Assembly: GCA_964490975.1 (NCBI GenBank)
Contig: CAZBEQ010000015.1
Span: 1,995 to 65,994 of the forward strand
Length of the DNA stretch: 64,000 bases
Source: an uncultured Oscillospiraceae bacterium
GTDB taxonomy: Bacteria > Bacillota > Clostridia > Acetivibrionales > DTU013
Direction of reading: 5' to 3'
A program made the position numbers and the translations under genes. The notes under the pieces are model-generated. The model saw nothing but the letters and a program-made list of their open reading frames with translations, was not told the origin of the DNA and made no database searches. How positions within the stretch are numbered: position 1 is the first letter of the stretch; each line of letters begins with the position of its first letter. Shown one piece after another: positions 8,889-17,415 of this stretch.

Positions 8889-9074
8889 GGGGGACATACT
8901 TCCGTCCAACAGCCACACTTCAAGTTGCTTTAGCGTCAAAAGGGGACATTCTTCGTCCCTCGTAGCCATGCTCCATTTGCTTTAGCGTCAAAAGGGGACA
9001 TTCTTCGGCCCCCGTAGCCGCGCTCCCTGTAGAAGTGTGTCCCCTTACCTATTATGTGTCCCCTTACCATTATA
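8889..9074. repeat. tandem array of an AAGGGGACA / TGTCCCCTT palindromic element
   Basis: On the plus strand there are three ~52-nt units starting GGGGACAT(A/T)CTTC(C)G (8889, 8942, 8994). Two of them end in TTGCTTTAGCGTCAAAA. They are followed by two 19-nt units, GTGTCCCCTTACC(T/A)TTAT (9037, 9056). Confidence 0.85.
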
Positions 9075-10661
9075 CTACGTTGCCTCCTCTGATTCCACCC
9101 CTGCTTTTGCCTCCTCCGACTCTGCTTTTTCTTCAGTTGGTGGGGCGCTTGTCAACTTCGGAGCGTGGCGATACTCTCCTGGCGATATCTCCATATACTT
9201 TTTGAAGAACCTTATAAAGCTCTGTTCATTATTGTAACCCAGCCTCAGTGCTATCTCCCTGACAGTCATACCTGTGCCCGTAAGCAGCTGCTTCGACTCA
9301 TCGATCCTCATCCGGTTGATGTAATTTGTGATATTATCCCCGGTTTCATCCTTGAATACCTTCCTCATATGAGAGTAGCTAATGCCCACATGTTCAGCTA
9401 TGATATTTATATCAATATCTTTTTTATAATTGTTTCTTATATAATCGATTGCTATCTCGAAATAGGTCTTATTTTGTCTATGATCACACTCAGGCAATAT
9501 TTGTTCTCCGTTTTGCTTTTCTGGAGCCTTTACCTTTGTAGTTTTTTCGATTACAGCGCAAAGTCTTTCACCTTCCTTGACCAGAGCCTCAAAAGCATTT
9601 GACAGGATATCTGTTTCATTATCATTAGTATCATCGTCATTAATATATATCCCACTCTTATCCTTTATATCTTTGACCAGCTTTTTCAATGGTGCCGATA
9701 TCCTCCTGGAAACAAAATAAGATATAACGATCCCTGCTATGATCATAACAAAACATAATATAAACGTTCTGATCATAACATTGTTCACTTTACCCATAAG
9801 CATATCCATGGGAAATACTCCTATATATATCCAGTCATTGAATCCTGCTTTGTAGTACGTAATCAATTGCCTCTCATTGCCTGAATCACTCACAATATAG
9901 CCTTCTGCATCTGTTCTCGCGAGAATATCATTTATATAGCCCTCTTCAAGCCTCTGCCCCACCTTGCCCTCATCAATATGAGTTATTATATCTTTATCAG
10001 TATTGACTACTATAATATAACCTTCGGTTAATACACTATTAGTGTTAATAAGGTCTCTGAGCTCATTTTCGCGCAGATTGAAGACAATGGTCCCATCAAC
10101 AGCAGTGGTATATGGTGTAAACATATAAAAAAAGGTTATTACCTTGTCTGAGCCGTTTATAGTTCTTGTAAGCATCCAGCCGGACTTTGACTTGAATTCT
10201 CTGAATGCCAGATATTCATCGATCCAATCCCTGTCGTAAAAATCAGATAATCTTGATATGTTCTTATTGGATGAAATCACAAAGTCGGCATCTTCCGGGA
10301 CAAGATATACAGAGTGTAGTATCATATTCGCATCGGTCAGGTTCTCAACCGAATCCTGGATCTGATAGAACAAGGTTATTCCATCCTGGTTTTCAAGTAT
10401 ATCATCATAATTTTTGATATTGACCAATGAGTCCAGTTCGCCGTCGAGCGTTATCCTCAGTGCATCAAAATAAATATTTTCAACAAGCATTTCTGTCATA
10501 TTGCTTGCGACCTTTAGCTTGCCTATATATGATTTGCCAATTTCACTTTCAGAGTAGCGCATTAGTTCAAAGCTTAGTATTATAACTATTATCAACATTG
10601 GAACAGATACAAGAATTGTTATTGACATAAAAAAATTAAAAAAAAGCGATTTCTTTTTCAT
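9075..10661 (-). CDS. membrane-bound one-component sensor/regulator (TM, extracytoplasmic sensor, TM, HAMP-like, AraC-type HTH)
   Basis: Two hydrophobic segments (FFNFFMSITILVSVPMLIIVIILSF and IRTFILCFVMIIAGIVISYFV) flank a ~270-aa domain. The C-terminus carries AraC HTH motifs: IAEHVGISYSHMRKVFK...REIALRLGYNNEQSFIRFFKKYMEISPGEYR. The start is uncertain (10661, 10673 or 10706). Confidence 0.8.
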   Translation of the reverse strand: MKKKSLFFNFFMSITILVSVPMLIIVIILSFELMRYSESEIGKSYIGKLKVASNMTEMLVENIYFDALRITLDGELDSLVNIKNYDDILENQDGITLFYQIQDSVENLTDANMILHSVYLVPEDADFVISSNKNISRLSDFYDRDWIDEYLAFREFKSKSGWMLTRTINGSDKVITFFYMFTPYTTAVDGTIVFNLRENELRDLINTNSVLTEGYIIVVNTDKDIITHIDEGKVGQRLEEGYINDILARTDAEGYIVSDSGNERQLITYYKAGFNDWIYIGVFPMDMLMGKVNNVMIRTFILCFVMIIAGIVISYFVSRRISAPLKKLVKDIKDKSGIYINDDDTNDNETDILSNAFEALVKEGERLCAVIEKTTKVKAPEKQNGEQILPECDHRQNKTYFEIAIDYIRNNYKKDIDINIIAEHVGISYSHMRKVFKDETGDNITNYINRMRIDESKQLLTGTGMTVREIALRLGYNNEQSFIRFFKKYMEISPGEYRHAPKLTSAPPTEEKAESEEAKAGVESEEAT

Positions 10662-10765
10662 TGAATCACCCATAGCTATAATATCACATGTTTTCATAAT
10701 ATACAATTAACAATACATACCGTTAATGTTGATATTTAATGTGGTCAATCCATTTCGTTCCCATA

Positions 10766-10798
10766 AAAATCAAAAACCGGAGTGTTTCCACTCCGGTC
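10766..10798 (-). terminator. rho-independent terminator after the solute-binding protein gene
   Basis: Minus strand: ACCGGAGTG GAAA CACTCCGGT followed by TTTTTGATTTTTA. Confidence 0.8.
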
Positions 10799-10814
10799 TG
10801 TGAAAGCTCAGATA

Positions 10815-12611
10815 TTACTTATTCTTTTCCTTTGCCCAAGCAGCTATTCTCTGCTGAAGGACTTCCTTGCCGCCGATACTCATCAATTCATTCTGCATCC
10901 TTGACCAGGTCTTGTCAAAGTCTTCAGGCTTACATGTAATAGTCTTAGCAAAGAATTCGTAGCCCTTTTCTCTAAGGGTGTTGGAATACTTGGCATCAGC
11001 ATCACATGGTATTGAAAGCGTCGGTGCTACATAGCTATCTTTCAAGGCTGTGTTGTAGGACTTGATATAAAGACTTTCCATTCCGCCGTAAGCAAGGGAA
11101 TTGATCTTTATGTTCTTCTGCTTGTCGCCTACATCGATTCCATTGATAATGTATGTGTAGTCTATATTATTAACTGAATTGAACTGCTTTTCACCTGTCT
11201 TGACATTCTGGTATATCGGCAGCCCGTCCTTAATAACATGTCCTACACCCTTTTCACCGTACTGGAGGAAGAAGATAACATCCTTGTCAGCCATCCAGTT
11301 CAGATACTGTATTGCTTCATTGACTCTCTTTTCGCTGGTCTTAGGAACTATTATCCTAAGTCCCGCCTGGTCATAAACCTGTTTTGTAGTCTTTCCGTTT
11401 TTATCCTTGAAAGGATCTATCGGCTGTATGTCGAATCCTTTTATCTTTTCCTTCATTGTGGGCAGATAAGCTGCTCCGGTTCTCAACGGCATATCATAGT
11501 TCTGGATATAGCTGCCTACATAACCGTTTGAGTAATCACTTTCGAGGATCTTACCATCCTTGTCAAGCGGGAACTCTGTGCTCATGAGACCTTCATTGTA
11601 CATCTTGTTGAGGAAACGAACGCCTTCCTTGTAGCCGGGAGCAAGAATACGAAGATTGTCACCGCTTATGTATCTGGAGTATTCCGACTGGTCAGTTACG
11701 AAGCATTCGAGCAGATTAGTTGCTGTGTAAAGTATGTCATGTGTCACGCCGAAAGGAATGACTCTCTTGACATTGCCAGGATTCTTTTCCTTGAACTTCT
11801 TCATAGTATCATAAAACTCTTCAATGGTGGTAGGAGTCTTGAGGTTGAGTTTATCCAGCCAATCCTGCCTGATCCATGTGTTGAATCTGGCGTTGATGAT
11901 CCTCTTAGCAGGAATAGACCACTGTTTTCCATAATACTTTCCGCGGCTAAGAACATCATCGCCGAGGAATGTCTTGAGGTCCTGGCCATATGTATTAAGA
12001 GCACTATCGAGCTGTGTAAGTCCGCTACTCTTATAATAGTTGAATACTGTGTTGACATCATAAGTAAGACATATATCCGGAGCCTGGTTGGATGCCATCC
12101 AAACGTTCAGCTTGTTGACTTCTTCCCATCTGGGTGCTGTTACGAATTTCAACTCTATATTAGGATACTTTTTGCCGAATTCTTTCTTTATCCAATCTGT
12201 CCAGTAGTTGTTATCTACAGCTGTACCGCCAACATTACCTCTGTCAAATATCTCGAGGGTCAACGTTACTTTTTCCTTCGCTTTGACTGTTACATTCAGC
12301 TTTGCAGTCAGCTTTTTATTGCTGTTGCTGGTAACAGTTATAACGGCCTTTCCAGCCTTCAGTGCTTTTATTGTTCCAGTTGCGTCTACAGAAACAGTGT
12401 TTTTGTCGCTGGTAGTAAAAGTAAGCAGTTTCTGTGTTGTTTTAGCTGGGGAGAAGATCACGTTCAGCTTCTGAGTGTCTCCAACCATCAATGTCGCTGA
12501 AGTCTTGTCCAGTTTTATTCCTGTAACCTTGACTACCGAGATCGCAAAAGCTGACACAGTCATGCATAATACGATCAAAAGACATAATAACCTTGAAACG
12601 ACCTTTTTCAT
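10815..12611 (-). CDS. ABC transporter extracellular solute-binding protein (LplA-like) with an N-terminal Big_2 Ig-like domain
   Basis: Signal sequence, then VTGIKLDKTSATLMVGDTQKLNVIFSPA...VSVDATGTIKALKAGKAVITVTS (Big_2 pattern), then a ~480-aa family-1 SBP-like body. AGGAGGG lies 5 nt before the ATG at 12611. Confidence 0.8.
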   Translation of the reverse strand: MKKVVSRLLCLLIVLCMTVSAFAISVVKVTGIKLDKTSATLMVGDTQKLNVIFSPAKTTQKLLTFTTSDKNTVSVDATGTIKALKAGKAVITVTSNSNKKLTAKLNVTVKAKEKVTLTLEIFDRGNVGGTAVDNNYWTDWIKKEFGKKYPNIELKFVTAPRWEEVNKLNVWMASNQAPDICLTYDVNTVFNYYKSSGLTQLDSALNTYGQDLKTFLGDDVLSRGKYYGKQWSIPAKRIINARFNTWIRQDWLDKLNLKTPTTIEEFYDTMKKFKEKNPGNVKRVIPFGVTHDILYTATNLLECFVTDQSEYSRYISGDNLRILAPGYKEGVRFLNKMYNEGLMSTEFPLDKDGKILESDYSNGYVGSYIQNYDMPLRTGAAYLPTMKEKIKGFDIQPIDPFKDKNGKTTKQVYDQAGLRIIVPKTSEKRVNEAIQYLNWMADKDVIFFLQYGEKGVGHVIKDGLPIYQNVKTGEKQFNSVNNIDYTYIINGIDVGDKQKNIKINSLAYGGMESLYIKSYNTALKDSYVAPTLSIPCDADAKYSNTLREKGYEFFAKTITCKPEDFDKTWSRMQNELMSIGGKEVLQQRIAAWAKEKNK

Positions 12612-12723
12612 ATACACCCTCCTGATTAAAATATTTTGGTAATAGAACCCTTGTAGAATGCTTTCCTTGACACCTCCCTAATATTTTATTTGCCATAATA
12701 TGGTTGCAAAAATTATTACCGGG

Positions 12724-13167
12724 TCATTTCTTCATGTAAGATACCATGCTATCCATATACGTCAGGACAAGATTCCCAGTCTCCTTGTCCACATATACTT
12801 CAGCAAAGTCACCTTCAGCAACCGTGACCTTAAGGATGCCATCACTCAATGCTGCCTCATATGCCCCATCATTATCTTCATATTTATATTTATCGCCTTC
12901 CTTTGTGATATTCACAAAGAGACTCTCATCGTCTACACCAACCCAGCTGCCCTCAAATGCATCCGTGCTGACTTCCGTATCTGCCGACTCAGTTATCTGC
13001 TCTGATATTTCCTGCTCCACGACTTCAGGAGCAGCCGCAACAGGCTCCGCTGCAGTATTGTCTGCATCGCCGCTGTTACCGGTATCACTGCCGCCTGAAC
13101 AACCGGCTAGCAACGATAGTGTTAATAGAGAGATAATAAGTACTGTTGAAATAGTTCTGATTTTCAT
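12724..13167 (-). CDS. small secreted lipoprotein of unknown function
   Basis: Lipobox LLAGC, followed by an acidic linker and a ~80-aa beta-rich domain. It is embedded between the permease and SBP genes. Confidence 0.7.
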   Translation of the reverse strand: MKIRTISTVLIISLLTLSLLAGCSGGSDTGNSGDADNTAAEPVAAAPEVVEQEISEQITESADTEVSTDAFEGSWVGVDDESLFVNITKEGDKYKYEDNDGAYEAALSDGILKVTVAEGDFAEVYVDKETGNLVLTYMDSMVSYMKK

Positions 13168-13213
13168 AATCCATTCTCCTCTTTTCGCTTTGTTTAAATA
13201 TGTATGAGTATTA

Positions 13214-14086
13214 TCAGCCCTTAACTGCGCCGATCATAACACCCGATAAGAAATAACGCTGAAGCCATGGATAAATGAGCAGTATCGGTATGGTGGCAAA
13301 CATAACTGCTGCGGACTTCAGACCCTCAGGGGTCACATTCTGGTTTGCCATTCCCTCCGCGAGGGCAATCTCAGACATCTGGTTGTTATAGACTAGCTGA
13401 TACAATTTAAGCTGGAGTGGAAAATACTCCTGCTTGTTGATATAGATCAAAGCATCCTGAAAACCGTTCCAGCGGCCGACTGCGTAGAAAAGCGCCAGAG
13501 TTGCCAGAACAGGTTTTGAAAGCGGCAGTACTATCCTGACCAAGATCGTAAAATATGATGCCCCGTCAAGAAGTGCTGACTCTTCAAGGCTTTCCGGCAG
13601 GTTTGTGAAGAATGTCTTGAGTATGATCATATTGAAAGCACTCAAGCAATACGGGAACATAAGTGCCAGAGGACTGTCCGTCATTCCGAGGTCTTTGACC
13701 AGTATATATTCCGGTATCATACCTCCGCTGAAATACATTGTTATAACTATCATCACCAGGAAAAAATTTCTGCCTTTAAGACTCTTCTTAGTAAGAGGAT
13801 AAGCACACAGTATCGTCATGACCAGGCTTAATACAGTACAGGCAACAGTCAGCCAAATTGTGAATATCATAGATCCTACGATCGATTTATCAGCCAGTAC
13901 CGCTTTATATGACTCAAGCGTGAACTCCACTGGCCAGATCGTAACGAGCCTGGCGGTAATAGCATAATTCGAGCTCAGCGATACTGATAACATATACAGC
14001 ATCGGCAGCAGACATGCTATGGATACTATGAGTATTATTAATATCATTGTAAAATCAAACGTCTTATCTTTTATACCCTTTTTCAT
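13214..14086 (-). CDS. carbohydrate ABC transporter permease (LplC/YtcP-like)
   Basis: Six TM segments. EAA loop: LEESALLDGASYFTILVRIVLPLSKP. Confidence 0.9.
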   Translation of the reverse strand: MKKGIKDKTFDFTMILIILIVSIACLLPMLYMLSVSLSSNYAITARLVTIWPVEFTLESYKAVLADKSIVGSMIFTIWLTVACTVLSLVMTILCAYPLTKKSLKGRNFFLVMIVITMYFSGGMIPEYILVKDLGMTDSPLALMFPYCLSAFNMIILKTFFTNLPESLEESALLDGASYFTILVRIVLPLSKPVLATLALFYAVGRWNGFQDALIYINKQEYFPLQLKLYQLVYNNQMSEIALAEGMANQNVTPEGLKSAAVMFATIPILLIYPWLQRYFLSGVMIGAVKG

Positions 14087-14111
14087 ATTACGACCCCCTG
14101 TATGCTTTTAT

Positions 14112-15095
14112 TTACCAGATTCCCTGTTCACCGACCTTGTTTGATATGTAGTTGGTAGTCAACAGGAATATAAGACCTACTACCGATTGAAACAGGCCGA
14201 CTGCAGTTGCGATGGAAAACTGGAACGACTGAAGACCTATACGGTACACAAATGTACTAATAACGTCAGAATATTCCATAACCAGTGCATTACCTATGAC
14301 ATAAGGTCTGTCGAAACCTATGGAGAGCATCCTTCCCACCTGCATTATAAGCAGTATTATTATGGTAGGCTTTAAACCGGGCAGTGTAATGTGCCATATC
14401 TTGCGAAGCCGTCCCGCTCCATCGACAACAGCAGCCTCGTACAATTCCTGGTTTATACCCGCTATTGCTGCAAGATATATGATCGTATTCCAGCCTACAC
14501 TCTGCCAAACTCCCAAAATTGTGTATGTTAACAGCCAAACCAAGGGGTCCGTCAGGAATGGAACCGGTTCACTCAGGCCCATCTGCATGAGCAGATTGTT
14601 GATGATGCCCGTTTCTGGAGATAAAAGCTGCAGTGAGACTGTGCCTATTATGACCCATGAGAGAAAATGAGGAAGGTATAGTACCGTCTGTGAGATCTTT
14701 TTGAATCTTTCCAAACATATTTCACTGAGAATTATAGATAAAATTATAGGAGCCGGAAAACCAAATATCAGATCAAGGGTGTTCAAAAGAAACGTATTCC
14801 TTACAGCCGTAAGGAACTGAGGCATGGTGAATATTTCCTTGAATGATGCGAAATTGTTCCAGGGACTGGTCCAAACGCCCTCAAATATGTTGTAATCTTT
14901 GAATGCTATCAGAATGCCATACAGCGGACCGTACTTGAATAATAGAAAATATACAAGCGGAGGAAGTAAAAACAGATAAAGCATGTAATTATTTCTTAAA
15001 TATATTAGGAAGCGATTACGTCTGGAGCCGGTCATCTGTAATTCTGGTACGTTTTGTTTCTGTAAAGCAGTCACATCAGTCTTTAATTTTGACAT
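14112..15095 (-). CDS. carbohydrate ABC transporter permease (LplB-like)
   Basis: EAA loop: LYEAAVVDGAGRLRKIWHITLPGLKP. The ATG at 15095 lies 9 nt after AAGGGAG. Confidence 0.9.
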   Translation of the reverse strand: MSKLKTDVTALQKQNVPELQMTGSRRNRFLIYLRNNYMLYLFLLPPLVYFLLFKYGPLYGILIAFKDYNIFEGVWTSPWNNFASFKEIFTMPQFLTAVRNTFLLNTLDLIFGFPAPIILSIILSEICLERFKKISQTVLYLPHFLSWVIIGTVSLQLLSPETGIINNLLMQMGLSEPVPFLTDPLVWLLTYTILGVWQSVGWNTIIYLAAIAGINQELYEAAVVDGAGRLRKIWHITLPGLKPTIIILLIMQVGRMLSIGFDRPYVIGNALVMEYSDVISTFVYRIGLQSFQFSIATAVGLFQSVVGLIFLLTTNYISNKVGEQGIW

Positions 15096-15420
15096 TCTGA
15101 ACAACTCCCTTATTAGTATATTAACGTATATAATTTATTTATAAAATAATTATATGCAAGCACTTATTGTATATCAATAATGACTTTCGCTTATTACTAT
15201 CACTTTTGCTTATTTAGATACACCAGCTATTTTAAGTCGCTTGAAGATTAAGTGATCTAATTATCACCTAAATGTATAATTCAAATATGGTTAATATATT
15301 TTAACTAACTAACTAGAAATCAATTTCCACTATAGTCTTTATTTTTTACAAACTTTTATATTTTGTTCTATTGAATAGGCTCGATTGATTCATTATTATA
15401 TATGCAGGAGGGATGTATTA

Positions 15421-16530
15421 ATGTATGTTGATCTAGAAAAATTCTGGGCCGATGACGAGCTTTCACATGAAGATAACTGTTTCAGCCCTAAGGCACCTCA
15501 GGTAGCACTTGGAATTAGAATGAGTGAGGAATGTGTTTTCGCGGAGCTTGGCGAAGAAGGCAATCCATGGGGATACACTCCTCGCAAAAGGCGTCTCGAG
15601 CTTAACAGGCGTTATAATGACAAGGCAGAAAAAATAGTGGGCCGCAGACTGCTTCCCGACAACCTTCCCGAATCCGATGCCGAATTTCCTTATATTAAGA
15701 GAATTGGAGAGGTTTTTGAAGGTAAATATGTCCATAATGATATCTCGGAATGGCTTGAACAATCAGCAAACACACCCTCTGAACTGGAAAAGCTTTTAGA
15801 CAGGGTGGATAGGCTTGATCTGCGTGAATTCATTCTTCCTGCTGACTGGGAGAAGGAGAAAAAGCGTATTTTTGAGAAGTATGGACTAAAGCCATCACTA
15901 ATGAGGCACATAAGAGGTCCCGTGACACTTGCCACCTCTATCTATGGTATTGAAAATCTTATATACCTTATTATTGACGAGCCTGATCTGGCAAAACGCT
16001 TTTCGGATACTATATTAAAGGTTGTCACAGGTATCGCATCCATTATGGATGAAGAAGCAGGATATAACGAGACCAATCGTCCGGGAGGCTTCAGCTTCGC
16101 TGATGACAACTGCTACCTTCTCACGCCTGATATGTATGAAGAATTTGGCTACCCTATACTGAAGTCCATTTTTGAACGTTGGAGTCCAAATCCAGGTGAC
16201 ATGCGTTACCAGCATTCCGATTCGGCCATGACCCATATAGTTCCCATATTGGGCAGGTTGAACCTGACAGGCTGTAATTTCGGACCAACTGTCCTCGTGG
16301 ACGATATACGCAAATATATGCCAAAAACCAGAATAGATGGCTGTTTGGCTCCATTTACATTTATGAACAACGATACTGAGGGTATTATTAAGGAAGTCAA
16401 GCGTGACTGTGAAATGTCTCGCGAATGCAGGGGGTTGAATCTTTCAACTGCTGGCTCGATCAACAACGGAAGTCTTCTGACTAGCATGCTGACCGTTATG
16501 TATACCATACAAAATTATGGAAGGTATTGA
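15421..16530 (+). CDS. hypothetical protein, possibly a URO-D (uroporphyrinogen decarboxylase / MtaA-like) TIM-barrel family member
   Basis: The C-terminal half follows the URO-D family layout by eye: RYQHSDSAMTHIVPILGRL...IDGCLAPFTFM..TEGIIKEVKR...LSTAGSINNGSLLTSMLTVMYTIQNYG. AGGAGGG precedes the ATG at 15421. The family call is from memory only. Confidence 0.45.
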   Translation: MYVDLEKFWADDELSHEDNCFSPKAPQVALGIRMSEECVFAELGEEGNPWGYTPRKRRLELNRRYNDKAEKIVGRRLLPDNLPESDAEFPYIKRIGEVFEGKYVHNDISEWLEQSANTPSELEKLLDRVDRLDLREFILPADWEKEKKRIFEKYGLKPSLMRHIRGPVTLATSIYGIENLIYLIIDEPDLAKRFSDTILKVVTGIASIMDEEAGYNETNRPGGFSFADDNCYLLTPDMYEEFGYPILKSIFERWSPNPGDMRYQHSDSAMTHIVPILGRLNLTGCNFGPTVLVDDIRKYMPKTRIDGCLAPFTFMNNDTEGIIKEVKRDCEMSRECRGLNLSTAGSINNGSLLTSMLTVMYTIQNYGRY

Positions 16531-16531
16531 G

Positions 16532-17335
16532 CTACAAGCCCCTTCCTTTGAGCAATACTGATGGCGCGTAGCCCCTATATGCCCTGTATACCTTGCTGAA
16601 GTAGAACAAGTCATCAAATCCGCTGCGCGCTGCCGCTTCACTAACGGTATAACCGCCGGTTGACAGCAGGTTCTCCGCATTATTAATCCGTATACGTGTA
16701 ATATATTGCTTGATGGTACAGCCATTAGCCTTCTTGAAAAAGGCGCCGAGATAAACAGGATTAAGCTCTGCGATTTCAGCCAGCTCAAATATTTCTATCC
16801 TGTTCATAAAATTGTGGAGGATATGCTGTTTGATTTTCAGCAGTCTGGGATCCTCCTGTTGCATGGGTATACCTGAAGCAATACGGCAAAGAAGCTTGTC
16901 CAGTATAAGCATGAATACAGCCCGGGCTCTCATAATGTAATTGAAGGACTGCTCCACCCAGATATGGTCCAGCTCGCTGTACAGACTCATTAGTTCACCG
17001 GAAACTCCGGTTTTTATAACAGGCTCTTCCGTCAGTTTAATGTCTTCGGCTCCACCTCCGATATCATGGATAAGGAGGTTGGCGGCAAAGCATTGCATGG
17101 GTTCATCAGGATCTGTATAAGCCTGGCGTACGTTACCGGTGGGTACATAAATAAAATCTCCCTGGCTGATATTGTGCTTTACCCCATTTATAAGATAAGT
17201 GGAACGCCCCTTGTAGACATATGTCAAGTCATGAAAATTGATTTCTCCCTGCACAATACTCCAGTTAGGCGTACATTTTCTGTTGACAAAATAAATCAGT
17301 TCAGGGACAATATTTGAAAATTTGTTTCGTTCCAT
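16532..17335 (-). CDS. AraC family transcriptional regulator (cupin plus HTH)
   Basis: N-terminal cupin-like region: FHDLTYVYKGRSTYLINGVKH. C-terminal region: LAEIAELNPVYLGAFFKKANGCTIKQYITRIRINNAENLL...VSEAAARSGFDDLFYFSKVYRAYRGYAPS. An alternative start is at 17353. Confidence 0.88.
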   Translation of the reverse strand: MERNKFSNIVPELIYFVNRKCTPNWSIVQGEINFHDLTYVYKGRSTYLINGVKHNISQGDFIYVPTGNVRQAYTDPDEPMQCFAANLLIHDIGGGAEDIKLTEEPVIKTGVSGELMSLYSELDHIWVEQSFNYIMRARAVFMLILDKLLCRIASGIPMQQEDPRLLKIKQHILHNFMNRIEIFELAEIAELNPVYLGAFFKKANGCTIKQYITRIRINNAENLLSTGGYTVSEAAARSGFDDLFYFSKVYRAYRGYAPSVLLKGRGL

Positions 17336-17415
17336 TATTACACCAGATTTCATAAATTTTATTTACTTTTACCATTTTACTATAACTATAAGTATTTCTG
17401 CAAGGAAGGGATAAG

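Noticed and set aside
8889-9074. Possible CRISPR array or T-box leader upstream of proB.
   Set aside because: The repeats are directly abutting ~52-nt units with no unique spacers, and there are no cas genes, so this is not a CRISPR array. I could not find the conserved T-box 14-mer or a specifier-loop layout, so I do not call it a T-box.
11739-12500. A 253-aa plus-strand ORF.
   Set aside because: It is antisense to the solute-binding protein gene, has Cys/Phe/Leu-rich composition, and has no RBS.
15105-15420. The palindrome CACTTATTGTATATCAATAATG in the divergent promoter region, as another copy of the 42451-type palindrome.
   Set aside because: Only the short AT-rich core TTATTG...CAATAA is shared, and that is expected by chance in an AT-rich promoter region. 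It may be a regulator site, but there is not enough evidence.
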